Assembly: GCA_964016885.1 (NCBI GenBank)
Contig: CAXHJY010000228.1
Span: 30,001-94,000, forward strand
Source: Eledone cirrhosa
Taxonomy: Eukaryota
DNA length: 64,000 nt
Direction of reading: 5' to 3'
Shown here: piece by piece, positions 29,765-45,258 of the stretch
How the letters are laid out: every line of letters starts with the position of its first letter
Numbering within the stretch: position 1 is the first letter of the stretch
Program-made: the position numbers and the translations under genes
Notes under the pieces: model-generated
Told to the model about the DNA's origin: nothing
The model's input: only the letters and a program-made list of their open reading frames with translations
Database searches by the model: none

Positions 29765-30144
29765 CATCATTATTGCCATCGCCCGATGTCGAGAATTTGA
29801 TACCATTGAATATATCTATGTGTTCTAAGGTGGCTGCTGTTTAAAGCCTATTTTTGACCTAACAGAACGCTGATAACGAGGCCATGGGAATTAGGGCACA
29901 GCTTGGTCCTGGAAACTTCAATGTCGGCCCGCTTCTCTCCGATGATGTCACTCTTTTCTACATGTAATTCACAAAGAACTCTTGCCATATCCAACGTTGT
30001 ATATTTTCCACCAGAGCAGACGATCAGATTCATCAAACTATTCCAAGAGGAAGCTTCACTATTAAAGACTTTGAATGTTTGCTATAGATGATCTTTGTAT
30101 TATACTTTGTATACATAAAAACATGCGTGTATGTGTGTGTGCAT

Positions 30145-30179
<35 letters not shown>

Positions 30180-30190
30180 AACACACACAG

Positions 30191-30295
<105 letters not shown>

Positions 30296-30332
30296 CATAC
30301 ATAAACACATGCATACATACACACATATATAT

Positions 30333-30942
30333 ATGGTGGCTGCCAACTCGTTTTCGAGTACGGCCACTACTTTATATCCATGAAGGAGAACTCCTACCGA
30401 TGCGCTGAACGAGTGTGACTTTTTAGTCCAGCCAGCGACTTAAAAACTCTGGTACAAACACTACACTTGTGACAATTATTGACACATAGTGCTGGGCCCA
30501 TGGTACCATGTGACGACAAGTGCAGAGAGATCTCCAGATATAAAGCAATGCCTGTGCCGTGAAGTTTTTATAGTGAGCAAAGGCACTGCACAAAGCCAGT
30601 CCCACTCTCTTAACCAAGATGATATTTACCAAAAAGAAGAACAAGTCAACATCATTGGATACCATCAGGGTTGCAGGTGTTATATCAGAGTTTTCCTTCT
30701 CCTAGAATTCTGCCTTGACAAAGGCTAAGGGGTCATCTCTCCCGGTGATTTTGGATGGCCATTGACTCTTAAGAGCTCCTTTGCCCTTTGACAGGTTTTG
30801 TTTTTAGTCCTGCAGGATGTCCTAAGTCACCCTCCTCACCAAGAAACCTTGGTGGGGTTGCCAGTTTAGTCGCCAACGACCCGACCATGAGACAGGTTGT
30901 ACTGGGATACATGTTACCAGTAGCACCAACTGGTGACCTGAC
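30333..30942 (-). mobile_element. ~610-bp non-autonomous element, copy 2
   Basis: Same termini as 16281-16887. Confidence 0.7.
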
Positions 30943-30960
30943 ATAAACACATGCATATAT

Positions 30961-31010
<50 letters not shown>

Positions 31011-31014
<4 letters not shown>

Positions 31015-31326
31015 TTTCTGAATTTTTTAGCAAGATTCTTTATCTGAAAACGTGTGTTGAAACCGATATTGTTACACTTTGGGAAGGTCATGTTGCCAAT
31101 AAGAAACACACACACATAGAACAAACAACCAACCAGTAACATGTAAATAAACAATTAAATAAACAAATAAAAACACACACAGACACCCGGATGTAACACA
31201 TGCGCAAACTAAGCACACAACACACACAAAAACAAGATGGCGTAGGACAGAACAAAGGAGAGGCACAAAACAAAGAAAAGAATCCCCAGTCACTGAAGAG
31301 GTCACAGAATGTGTGACGAAAGAAAC

Positions 31327-31330
<4 letters not shown>
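31011..31330 (-). mobile_element. PLE-like fragment ('MTLPKYNN' family) with antisense hammerhead core at 31288-31326
   Basis: MTFPKCNNIGFNTRFQIKNLAKK on -; agtca-CTGAAGA-g-gtcaca..tgtgac-GAAA on +. Confidence 0.6.
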
Positions 31331-31372
<42 letters not shown>

Positions 31373-32048
31373 GCCTATTATTATCATATTTACACATAAT
31401 TTTTCTTCTGCTGCCACTCGTCTGTTCGTTTTTACCCTTTCTAGCAGTCTCTCTCTCTGTTAGCCTCCTCCTCCACTTTCACTCACTCATTCTCTGTCAC
31501 TACCTCTCCTCCTCCTCTTTCCTCCTCCTCCTCCTTCAAGTTTGACCCGTGTGTAATTCTTTTCTCGCGCGGTCTTGACCAAGCTGGTATGGAAATTTTT
31601 TTCTCTCTCTCTCTTTCGTCTGCGACTTCACAAAACTTATGTTTACCGAATTCGTAGACCAGACCCCTTTATCTTCTTCTTCTTCTTCTTCTTCTTCTTC
31701 TCTCCTTTTTCCCCCCTGTCAGACTTGTGCGAAATTCTTTCCTTGCTCACATTTCAACCAGGTTTGATGGTCTTTTGTCTCTTGTTCACGATTTCACCGA
31801 GTTTATATTCATAGAGATCTGGGACTTGTCTATTTCTTCTCCCTTTCCGTTGCTTAAACCTTTTTGTTTGTTACCCTGGCGTCCCCTTTGTTTACGTGTC
31901 CCAACGACTTTTTTTAGCCGTTGTTCGCACCAACCTGAGGCATATGGCCCTTAAAGCGATGAAATGCCTGGGACGGTTGGAGGGTCACTGATGAAGGACT
32001 TACTTTTTCATATGCCCAACCATTTGCAACGGGCAGCCTATTATTATC

Positions 32049-32104
<56 letters not shown>

Positions 32105-32108
<4 letters not shown>

Positions 32109-32327
32109 TTAATATAGATGAGATTCTACAGGGCTAGAACTGTTTCATTCTTTAGAAATCATCAGGAATCTGGGTATCAAAAAATATCAAAAAATAGATG
32201 ATTTCTAAAGAATGAAACAGTTCTAGTCCTGTAGAATCTCATCTATATTAAAACTTTTATACTCTGCAATGTATTGAGTACCTTACTTACTGTGGTTACC
32301 TCCGATTCAACCCGGAATAACGTACCT
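32105..32327 (+). mobile_element. Fold-back PLE-like fragment
   Basis: Arms 32105-32163 / 32197-32255; tail shared with 53142-53215. Confidence 0.7.
32122..32170 (-). ncRNA. Type I hammerhead with 4-bp stem III
   Basis: gattc-CTGATGA-tttc(taaa)gaat-GAAA-cag(ttctagcc)ctg-TA-gaatc. Confidence 0.8.
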
Positions 32328-32336
32328 ATATATATA

Positions 32337-32475
32337 ATTGTTTCTACTTTTGGCACAAGGCCAGCAATTATCACAGTGCATTACTGGTACTTTATTTTAT
32401 CGACCCCGTAAGGATGAAAGGCAAAGTTAACCTCGGCGGGATTTGTACTCAGAATGGCAAGGGCCGTAACTCTAT
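32337..32475 (-). mobile_element. Truncated Deu/Nin-like SINE
   Basis: TTTTATCGACCCCGTAAGGATGAAAGGCAAAGTTAACCTCGGCGG. Confidence 0.8.
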
Positions 32476-32646
32476 ATATAATGTTGTTGTAATAGTGTAA
32501 TCTTAGTTGTCCACGAAGGAGGATCTCAATATTTATAATAGAGCACACAAACACACAAACACACATATATATATGGTTCTGATCTTGTGATCTTAGTACT
32601 CCACAAAGGAAGAGGAACTCAATATTTATAATAGAGCCAATGTATA

Positions 32647-32756
<110 letters not shown>

Positions 32757-33305
32757 CACGTGGGCGTGTGAGTGTATATACGTGATTGTTCTTGCATGTG
32801 TTTTACGACACAGACAATCAAGAGAACTTTGGGTGCACGGTTTCAAGTCGGTTTTATGTCCCATATCGAAATACAGGCGACTCTCAGACTACAGAAACAG
32901 TTCACAGGCCCAAACAAATATCAAGTATCGACCTATAGTGTTAGGTTTCTCTTCCCGGTTTTCTTTTCGTTCTTTGTCTTCTATTATACATCAACACAAT
33001 ATATTTCTTAGCTTTCTACACAGAAATAGGTTACATTAAAGACACACTTTATCATAATAATAAGTAGTTGTAGTTCTACTAAAAATGAAGTCGTATATCT
33101 TTAGTATCTTCCTTTTATATATTTATGTGTGTTTCAATTTATATATATTAACCTGGGTCGAAGATCAAATCCTCTGTGTGGACATGTATATTCAATCTAT
33201 CTTTAGTAATCTAGTAACATTTCACCTACCCGTATTACGATCAAAGTTAACTTTCACGCAGTTATTGTTTCATCCAATCACTTGAAAATCGAACCATATT
33301 TAATG

Positions 33306-33352
<47 letters not shown>

Positions 33353-33399
33353 AATGGCTTCTATATATATTCGTATATATATATATATATATATATATA

Positions 33400-33870
33400 T
33401 TTCGTTTCTGAATTTGTTTAGCAAGATTCTTTATCTGAAATCGTGTGTTGAAACCGAGATTGTTATACTTTGGGAGGGTCATGTTGCCAATAAGAAACAC
33501 ACGCACCAGTTGCTTTCACTTCAATTTATTATATATTTATAAATTCATAAATTTACAAATCTACAAATTTATAAATTTCTGGTCTGAGCACACAACACAC
33601 ACACACAGAAACAAAATGGCGTAGGACAGAAGGAAAGGCACAGAAACAAAGAAAGGAATCCCCAGTCACTGAAGAGGTCACAGAGTGTGTGACGAAAGGA
33701 CTATGACTATATATAAACAACTATCTGGTTGTAGAACCAACCAACCAACCAGAAATTTATAAATTTGTAGATTTGTAAATTTATGAATTTATAAATATAT
33801 AATAAATTGAAGTGAAAGCAACTGGTGCGTGTGTTTCTTATTGGCAACATGACCCTCCCAAAGTATAACA

Positions 33871-33872
<2 letters not shown>
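33400..33872 (-). mobile_element. PLE-like fragment ('MTLPKYNN' family) with 125-bp inverted arms
   Basis: Arms 33459-33583 / 33748-33872. Confidence 0.7.
33664..33708 (+). ncRNA. Minimal type I hammerhead ribozyme
   Basis: agtca-CTGAAGA-g-gtcaca(gagtg)tgtgac-GAAA-ggac-TA-tgact. Confidence 0.85.
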
Positions 33873-33903
<31 letters not shown>

Positions 33904-33923
33904 AATGGCTTCTATATATATTC

Positions 33924-33969
<46 letters not shown>

Positions 33970-34327
33970 ATTTAGAGTACATAATGAAAAGAAATAAGTT
34001 CATACAAAATAAATTATAGTCTTTTTTTTTTTAATATAGTTGGGTTTTCAGAAGTAGTCAGGGTTATGAAATTAGTTTTTGAACTAACCGGTTTTGCTAT
34101 GAATAGCTTTTTAAAGTTTCTTTTTTATTTGTATTGCTGTACCAGACACTGCGGTCCCGGGTGGATCAGCAGTACGGTTGGTAGTGATCGAAACTGTCCG
34201 TCCATTTCGACAGTTGATGACCGTGGAGATCTGGAGTAAAAATGAGTCTGTAAGTTGTGCGATTCAAACATCGTAACCCTACCAGATTCTGATACAAACT
34301 AAAGTTGATTATATTAACCCTAATACA

Positions 34328-34731
34328 TGACCGGTACTATATTTTATCGACCAACGGAAGATTGGAGGGTAAAGTTCTCTTAGACGGAATTGGAACTCAG
34401 AAGGAAGAAAGTGATAACTTAAAACCGCAAGGTATTTTGTTCAACGTTCTACCGATACCGCCAACAGTATAAAATAATAACTTGAAAGATTTATAATCAT
34501 AGCGATACAATTAATACAGTTATTATAACTTACTGATTTTTTTTTTTCTGGGGGGAAGGCGAGGTTGATTAAGTCAACCACAATATTTAACTTGTATCTT
34601 ATTTTATTAATCTCTAAAGGATGAAAGGTAAGGTTAACATTGATGTGATTTAAACTCAGAATGTAAAAAAAACTAGAACAAATACCGTAATGGCCTTTTA
34701 TCCGATGCTCTACCAATTCTGCCAATCCACC
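34328..34731 (-). mobile_element. Two diverged SINE copies
   Basis: Degenerate TTTTATCGACC..GGATGAAAGG cores at ~34328-34467 and ~34545-34731. Confidence 0.65.
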
Positions 34732-35021
34732 AACCTAAGGTTATTATCTCATATCAATCGTATAAAATGATTAGATATGGGTGACTATTCATGTATAGTT
34801 TGGCAAAGCTGTAAATTTACCAAAATATGATTGATATACCTTATTGACAAATATGTGATTTTTTTTGTGATATTTCTTCTCTGAAAGTATTTTTATGTAA
34901 GAACGAATCCATTAATTCCACGTCTTGTAACATTTTTTTAATTTTTTTTAATCTAAATCAAAATCAAAATGTTATCCCAAAGAGAGGAAATTAGAACATT
35001 ATCCACTGAAAGTTCCTTAAA

Positions 35022-35057
35022 CCCTGATGAAGGGATTTTTAGGTCCCGAAATATTGG
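35022..35057 (+). ncRNA. Minimal hammerhead-like motif
   Basis: cc-CTGATGA-a-gggat(ttttag)gtccc-GAAA-ta-TT-gg; short stem I. Confidence 0.6.
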
Positions 35058-36479
35058 ACAGATAAAAGAACAACAACAACAAAAACAAAGATTACCAGGT
35101 AACTTACTTTTACATTTCGTTACCTCATCTTACAGTCCATTTTGCATTGTTTAGCCTTCTATCTCTTTCAACATTATATATCATATACAATGCTTCAAGT
35201 AAACTACATTTTATTTAATAATTTCAAAAACTATTGCTCTTGCCAAATCTCTCACCAAACCAACACACGTGGCCTGAAAAACAATTGGAAGGTTATATAA
35301 TTGATAGATTGCTTCCTAATACGCACTTATCTATGACCCATAAGGTGTTCGGGAGCAAGACGACAAGGTCTGACGGGTATTAAATATAGGCTGGCTTAAG
35401 AGATAAAGCATTCGGTTTCTGTGTCCAGGTCACCTAAGTCATGAGTAAACGTACAAATTTAGGATGTTTATGTTGAAATAGATTCACTATTTACTCCAGT
35501 TAAAAACACTTGCGCTGATGTATGTATTGAAATAGATAAAAGATGTCTTATCTATTATTCATTGTAAGATGTTTCGTCGCTGCCCTCTGCTGGCCCCGAC
35601 CGGAAACATTAAGCGAACCGTAAGAAAATGAAGCCATTAAAAGAAAACAAAAATTGTTTATATTTTTTCAGGTTTTTAACTGTTATCCAATTTCACATGA
35701 AACAATGCAATTTTATTTGCTTCATTCTCCCCATTAAACAAATACGTCCCGAAAAGACTCAGATAAACTTTTATTTATGTAATACTTAATTTATGCGTTT
35801 CTCACTTTCAATAGAGTGTATAAAGAGTATTAGTTTTCTTAGGGACTGAGTTGAGTCTGAAGACATAGAATTGATTAAGAGGTGATTGGGTCGAATAAAT
35901 ACATAGAACATCGGAGTAACTGGTTCCATAGTAGAGTATCAGATTTAACAATGCTCCCGGCCAATGAAAACTTTGACGCAAATATGTTAGACAAACATGT
36001 AACTTTTAGAATTATACACATTAGTTTGAATCACAAAAATGATAGATTTAATAAACACACTTTTAACTTGTTTTATGTATCCTTGGTCTCTACGTCTCTA
36101 CACTTGTTAGGCTTTATAACAAGGCTTCTGTCATAAATATCATAAACGGTTTGTAACGAAAAAGTGTTCAAATCCAAGATAGCTCCAGACATATCTTAAA
36201 ATCAATTAAGTATTTTTTTTAAAAAACTAAGGATGATGGGGTCAAGCAAAGGATAAAAAGAACTATTATTTGACAATGTTGGACCATCGTCGGTTACGAC
36301 GATGAAAGTCCAGTTGTTATATAAGTTGTTATAACAGCCTGCACGTGATACTTACTTCCAAGTGGTTGAGTATTCCAAAGACACATGTACACTTAACGTA
36401 CTTCTCAGCTCGCTTTTGCCAGCCAAGTGGGCTGAAACAATGTGAAATAAAGTGGTCATGAGACGCCATCAAGAATCGA

Positions 36480-36735
36480 CCATGTCATTATCCGGCGGCC
36501 TCAGCCGAAATTGACTCATCAATTGAGCTGCACGTGGGTCTCTCGTTCATTGCCTGTATCTCTGGAGATGACATCGGGATAGGAGAGCTTGCGCCCCTTG
36601 TTATTAGTGACTGCTTGTTATTTCAGAGCACTAATGGGGACACAGCCTCAGAGGTGGCACGATGACAATGACCAGTAAATCTTGCTCTCTTTTTACGTAC
36701 AACGACAGATATGTGAGGGAGGCAGGCATATATTT
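36480..36735 (-). pseudogene. RTE-like LINE C-terminal fragment
   Basis: LPHISVVVRKKRARFTGHCHR resembles the R..RL.FAGHC.R motif. Confidence 0.6.
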
Positions 36736-36809
36736 CTTTCAAAGTCAGATAAATGTGTGTATGTATATGTATGTGTGTATGTATAAATGTATGTATATAA
36801 TTATGTATG

Positions 36810-36883
<74 letters not shown>

Positions 36884-37712
36884 CGAGAGAGCGAGAGATA
36901 GGAGAGAGAGAGAGGCGTACAAAAATATATATATGAATACAAATGTAAGAAAATATTCAAAAAAGGTAAAAACCAGTATCGATATTAGTAAGGTTTTATA
37001 CTGACAGCTGGGCTTTCAATAATATGAATGTAAACAGAGGAAGATACAAGAACTCAAACACGAAAAAGACGTATGTAGTTAAACAGAAACCGGTTACATT
37101 TGACAGAAGTGTATAAATAATAGGGAAACTACAATACTACTTAAAGAGCGATGCAAGTAAGCATAAGTAGAAGGAGTGGTTAAAGGAACTTACCAAAGTA
37201 TAATTAATGAAGTAATTAGGGTCTATGGCGATATATAAATAGTTAGTACGGTATGGAGAACAAAGGCTGACTAAAATGAATTTATAAAATGAAAGCCAAA
37301 ATATGGGGAGGGGGGTAAGTTTATTAAAAATAAATACGACAATTCAAACGCGAAAGGGATTTGGGGGAAAACATTAAGATGACGATGAGGTCTTGTAAGG
37401 AAATTAAATATCTGAAGAAGAGGCTGGAGATAGAGGCCGTCAAGAGACAGTTAAGGTGTGAAAGTTCCAAGACTGAGTTTACAGATAGGAAAATACAAGA
37501 TACAAAGAAGAGAGATAACCTAATATGGAAATACATACAGAGAGAGAGTGAGGAGAAGAAAGTGAGAGAGAGAGAGGAGGTGAGAGAGAGAGAGAGGAGG
37601 TGAGAGTAGGGGGTGAGTAGGTTATTTCAAGTGATCAAAATTTGAAGAGATAAATGGTTATGGAAAAACTTAGATTATAGAATGCCTATCATAGAATAAC
37701 AGAAATTAATAA

Positions 37713-37920
37713 TGGTTTCTCATTTAGACACAAAGCCAATCATTTGGGAGGAGGGGAAAATCGATTAAATCGACCCCTGGGCGTTACTGGTACTTTATTT
37801 TATCGACCCCGTAAGGATGAAAAGCAAAACTAACCTCGGCGGGATTTGAACTCGGAACATAAAGAGCCATAACTCTATACTGCAAAGCATCGTGTCTGAC
37901 GCTCTACCGATACTGCCATG
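37713..37920 (-). mobile_element. Deu/Nin-like SINE
   Basis: Full core and GGATTTGAACTC B-box complement. Confidence 0.8.
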
Positions 37921-38815
37921 GGACAAAATTGAAGGGAGAAGATAAATTTGAAATGGCTATTATAAGATGTTTGTCGGTAAAGTTGTGAGAAAGAAAACGA
38001 GAAGAAATTAAGGTTTAGTTTTATATTTCTACGGTAGAGAGCATCGATGACTTAGGTGTACGACACAAAATAGTGTGGTGGCAAATACGTGCCAAGGAGA
38101 AAAGTTTAAAGTCTGGGAGGAGGGGGGGTATTTTTTTTAAGGAGTTTGTAGTCGGTATATTATATTTTTAAGGAGAGTTAATCTGTCGTTTATATAGAGG
38201 CCGCTTTATATGAAAAGGAACCTAATTTTCAGAGAATTTAGAATGTAGAGAAAAACTAAATCCTTAATTTCATCGGAATCCTTGGATCTCGTATTAGAGG
38301 GATCTCAAGAACATTTTTAAAAACTCTTTTATCCATATTAAAACTGTTTATCCATATTAGGTTGACTGATACGAAAGTATTGTGTTGCTAATTTGATAGG
38401 ATTGTGTCAGACGGTATGGACGTTCTTCGCCATTTTTATCCCAAATTTCTCTCATCTTAATATTTCCTATTTCTGCCATTCTTCGAGAATCCTCCTTTAT
38501 TTGTTTCATCAATTACTAATTCCAAGAATTTTCTCTTCTGTTCTTAACACCCCACATTTTCTATAGTATTTGTACCAGCTCACAACTTTCTCTTGTTTCC
38601 TTTTGATGAGCTGTTATCGGAGAAACTTGGAGGTCACAGTCCTTATCTACGTATATATATGCGCGTGTGTGTGCGAGTAAGTTTGTGTGTATATGTGTAT
38701 ATGTATATGTATATATGCGATGAAATATCAATGATCGTTAGCAAATCACTGATGAGGGACTCATTTTATAACATGTTATCCATGTGCAACCATGCAGTAT
38801 TCTTCTCCCCATATT

Positions 38816-39366
<551 letters not shown>

Positions 39367-39368
<2 letters not shown>

Positions 39369-39747
39369 TTCTTTATTAGCCACAAGGGCGCAACAAGAAA
39401 GGGGACAATACAAAGACATGCCGGGGATTTTACATACAGTCGTGTAAAAAATATAAAAACAAACAATTTCAACAATCGAAATCCCCAATAGGGGGGAGGC
39501 GCCACAAATGGGTTGTTTAATACCCCGTCGATAGAACAACCCTCAACTCAAGGAGCGTGTTGTGCAAGTGCTCCTTTCTTCCTTTTGCTCTCTTCCTCAA
39601 CCTACAGGCTTATAAACAGAGAAGGCCCAATCACTCGGGCCATTTTCGCTTCATTCACCCACCTTTCAGTAAATTTACTGGGGTGCAGTGCCTCTCTCTC
39701 CACCCTGATTCTCCTTCTAAAGTGATACTTAAAGAATGGAATCAATT
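39367..39747 (-). mobile_element. 5'-truncated Tx1-family copy within (GATA)n
   Basis: QLIPFFKYHFRRRIRVEREALHPSKFTERWVNEAKMARVIGPSLFISL matches the ORF2 C-terminus. Confidence 0.88.
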
Positions 39748-39866
<119 letters not shown>

Positions 39867-40209
39867 GAGAAATTAGAAAGATATACAGGGAACACAGTTC
39901 ATATGTGAATGAATTGACTGTGGCAGAAAAGGAAAAGGGAATATGAAAGTAAAACGTTATTCCGTTTATTTCAAAAATTCCACTCACGGACGCCATATTC
40001 GATATCAGTGGACCACCAACAACGAGCTTTCCTAACAAATCAAGTCTCCGTAATAAAATAGGCGTATACTCTAATCTGTAGTAAATATGGTCGTCTTCGT
40101 GTGAGTCTTTAAGAGATTAGTCGTCATCACTGTGAGTCAGTTTGTATCTTTATCTCTGTGAACGTTTGTCAATATGTCTATATATATATATGTGTGTGAG
40201 TGTGTGTTA

Positions 40210-40268
<59 letters not shown>

Positions 40269-40270
40269 TA

Positions 40271-40309
<39 letters not shown>

Positions 40310-40472
40310 CGCTTACACACATACTTTACTTAAAAAACAACACATAGTAACGCACACAGAACTTGCCCACTAATGCCTACATATACGCACAGATGTCTGT
40401 GTGTGTATTACACAGGTAGATAAATAAATATATATATAAATATATATGTTTATATATATTATTATTAGTATA

Positions 40473-40517
<45 letters not shown>

Positions 40518-40538
40518 GTATGTATGTACGTGTGTGTG

Positions 40539-40577
<39 letters not shown>

Positions 40578-40581
<4 letters not shown>

Positions 40582-41139
40582 GAGGTATCCACTGTAAGTT
40601 GTGGGGTGTATTCTGTATGAAGAACTCAATGTAATCCATATGTTGAAAATGTTGTAGGTTAAGATAAATCCCAGAAAACAATAAAACATTAAAAGGAAAA
40701 CAGAGTTAAAACAATGAAATAAAAAATCAAGTCATTAGAGATATACTTCACTGCTTTACGATCGTTTCTAGATGGTGATAATACATTATATCTATACTCA
40801 GCTATTGATCTATGTAAGTTTACAAACTATCAGATAGAGAGTATATTTACTTACATACATATCACCAGCTGTTTTCAAAAGCAATAATAATTTTATTCAA
40901 TAATAATTTTACTCAGAATTAGTATCATGTCCATATTTGGAGGTAGTTGAAATTATTATTGCTTTTGAAAACAGCTGGTGATATGTATGTAAGTAAATAT
41001 ACTCTCTATCTGATAGTTTGTAAACTTACATAGATCAATAGCTGAGTATAGATACAATGTATTATCACCATCTAGAAACGATCGTAAAGCAGTGAAGTAT
41101 ATCTCTAATGACTTGATTTTTTATTTCATTGTTTTAACT
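40578..41139 (-). mobile_element. Fold-back PLE-like fragment with 190-bp arms, each holding a long hammerhead
   Basis: Arms 40704-40893 / 40950-41139; tail GGATTACATTGAGTTCTTCATAC shared with 63750. Confidence 0.75.
40961..41090 (+). ncRNA. Long-stem-II U3:A8 hammerhead (mirror 40753-40882, -)
   Basis: gctt-TTGAAAA-cagc-tggtgata..tatcacca-tcta-GAAA-cgatcg-TA-aagc. Confidence 0.65.
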
Positions 41140-41144
41140 TATTT

Positions 41145-41223
<79 letters not shown>

Positions 41224-41391
41224 TAGGTTCTAATAATATATTTTGTTGATTATTTATTTAAATTCTCTGTATACGTACTTATATATTTATACATACATAC
41301 ATACATACATACATACATACATACATACATACATACATACATACATACATACATACATACATACATACATACATACATACATACATACATA

Positions 41392-41769
41392 CTGTTGTGG
41401 AGATCAGCTGCCCACTTGATGTAAACGTTGTCAGAAAAATACAGGAGAAGGAGGACATCTACGGACCATTGATGAGGAGTTTACAAATCCAGTATCCAAG
41501 ATACACCTTTAGCTTCATACCCATCATTATTGGTGCTACGGGTTATATACCAACCCGCTTGGACCAAAGTATGACTGAACTTGGATTTGCGGACAAAAAG
41601 CGCAGCTCCCTAATTCATAGTCTACAAATGGCTGCGATAGCTGGCACCTTCAAAATTTGCAAAACATTCTTGCGATTCAAGGGATGACAATTTCTTTTCT
41701 TTTACAACCTTGCCACCAGGAAGGTGGCCGGTCAAAAAAATATACTCGAAATTAAGAGAAAGAGAAAAC
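41392..41769 (+). mobile_element. R4/Dong-like LINE 3' fragment inserted in (TACA)n
   Basis: EISCPLDVNV..EKEDIYGPL..PIIIGATG resembles the RLE domain C-terminus; (CATA)n both sides. Confidence 0.75.
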
Positions 41770-41866
41770 ATACATACATACATACATACATACGTACGTA
41801 CGTACGTACGTACATACATACATACATACATACATACATACATACATACATACATACATACATACA

Positions 41867-41898
<32 letters not shown>

Positions 41899-42114
41899 CG
41901 TGTATGTGTGTGTATGGGTATGTGTGCTTCTGTTCATGCGCACACTCTGTCGGCTATGTTTATTTGTTGGGAAAGAAATAGTTTTTAACCTATGTGGTGA
42001 CAGAGTCTGGCCTTAATTCAGTCAGGTGTAGCATTTGCTAAGATGCTCTACAGGTCAATAGCATTACATTCAACCGTTCAAATATTGAATCGCTTCAAAT
42101 AATCAATCGTATTG

Positions 42115-43150
<1,036 letters not shown>

Positions 43151-43154
43151 CAAA

Positions 43155-43345
43155 GAATCGCTGCTTTCACCCTTAACAAGATCTTCCCGCGAAGATCCCG
43201 TTAAGGGTGAAAGCAGCGATTCGTTGCTTAAACTTTAATCTGTTATTTTAATAAATATTTGCTCTATGGTTTTAAATATTTTTATATATTACCCTTATCG
43301 AACCCTCTTCGGATTTTAGTCTTCACATTTATTATTATTACTATA
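43155..43345 (+). mobile_element. Fold-back PLE-like fragment folded inside a hammerhead core
   Basis: Arms 43155-43186 / 43191-43222; GAAGA-tccc(gttaa)gggt-GAAA-gcagcg(att)cgttgc-TT; tail shared with 18225-18265. Confidence 0.65.
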
Positions 43346-43789
43346 TATACGTATATATATATATATATGAGCGTATCTTTATTTTTCTGAAACCACACAA
43401 AGTGGGTATCACTTTCATTTCTTTATACATCTCTATTTTAACTTTTTTTTCTATCACAATTTGTTGAATGCTTACCAAGTTCTTACTTTTATTTTATTTT
43501 TATCGTTGCATGTTTTTCTGCAGTCATCCTTTATTTTCCGTTCAGCCATCTTACTTTTTTCTCTCGTTTATTTATTTTGTCTCTGTCTCACTTTCTTTAT
43601 TTTCTCTATTTCTCTATATCTTTACATCCCCCCTTCTTCCCACGTCATGCTTTCTGAACCCTTTCATATTTTCTCGATGTCTTTCTGCTACTGTTATTGT
43701 TATTATTGTTGCTGTACATTTTGTTTTTCTTGTAGCTCTTGTTGTTTACTTTTTGTTGATTTTGTTGTTGATGTTACACTTTTAGTTTT

Positions 43790-44017
43790 TACTGTTGTAG
43801 TTGTTGGTGTTGTAGTTGTTGTTGTTGAAGTTGTTGTCGTTGTAGTTGTTGCTGTTGAAGTTGTTGTAGTTTTTGTTGTTGTAGTTGTTACTGTGTTGTA
43901 ATTGTTACCGTTGTAGCTGGTGTCGCTGTAGTTTTTGTTGTAGTCATTTCTGTAGTAATTTTTGTTGTTGTAGTAGTTTCTGTCGTTGTTGTAGTTGTAG
44001 TTTTTGTAGAGGTTGTT

Positions 44018-44057
<40 letters not shown>

Positions 44058-44058
44058 T
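43790..44058. repeat. Degenerate (GTT)n tract
   Basis: Directly visible. Confidence 0.9.
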
Positions 44059-44736
44059 ACCTATATATCTGTTACTTTTATTCTCTTCCAATTAATGCAT
44101 CAGTCACACCCATTTGCTTTCACATATCTTTAATGAGCTACACTTCTTTACTAGATTTTTTTTGTTTCTTTTTTCTACCACGCCTTGATCTTTAATCATC
44201 TTCACTGGAGATTATATCTCGTACAATTCCATCATATAACCTCAACAATACGCTTGACGAAAGAACGATGAACTCCGACCGCCAAGAATGGCGGATGAGA
44301 GTACTTAGAGATTTGCAATATGGTTTAACACAGACTAAATTCTCTGTTCTTTGGTATTATTTAACCGGAACTAGCAGGTCATCTCCGGTAAGATAGTAAG
44401 TTCGTTCACGCCATCACGCGTCTATAGAACTAAAGCTCAAAGTGATTACGTCTTATGTTTCTATCTTCATGAAATGATGTCATTGTTATAAAGTGTAACT
44501 GACACTCTGTTTTAGGAAACCCAAGCAGGGACCAATGGACCAAGATACGTACACTCTTGTTCCCATACTTCAGTAACGTACACACAAACGCACACACACA
44601 CACACACACACACACGTGCACACACATATAATGTTTGTATATATGTATGAATATATGTGCGAATATGTGTGTACATATCTATATGTGTATGTATATATAC
44701 AGTATATGCAAATCTATATTTGTGTGTATGTGAGCT

Positions 44737-44811
<75 letters not shown>

Positions 44812-44832
44812 ATATACATATATGTATATATG

Positions 44833-44884
<52 letters not shown>

Positions 44885-44887
<3 letters not shown>

Positions 44888-45258
44888 TTTCTACTTTAGG
44901 GATAAGAACACCAATTTTGGGGGGAGGGGAAAGTCGATTAAATCGACCCCGTGTATTTCTGGTGCTTTATTTTATTGACCCCGCAAGGATGAAAGGCAAA
45001 GTTAACCTCAGCAGGATTTGAAATCAGAATATAAAGGGCCGTAACTCTGCTGCAAAGCAGGGCCTCCGGCACTCTACCGATTAATAGTAATTGGCACAAG
45101 CCCAGCAATTACCTCCGTGTATTACTGGTGTCTTATTTTATCGACCTCGTAAGGATGATAGGCAAAGTTAACCTCGGCGGAATTTGACCTCAGACCGTAA
45201 CTCTTTGCTGCAAAGCATGGCGTTCGACCCTCTACCGATACTGCCAATCCATCACCCC
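44885..45258 (-). mobile_element. Two adjacent SINE copies
   Basis: Cores at ~44960-45030 and ~45125-45195. Confidence 0.8.

Noticed and set aside
34150-34222. Hammerhead-like stems II and III (gatca/tgatc, ctgtc/gacag)
   Set aside because: Core has about three mismatches to CTGANGA; at most a dead relic
43461-44195. Val/Cys/Thr-rich ORFs
   Set aside because: Products of (GTT)n and T-rich low complexity
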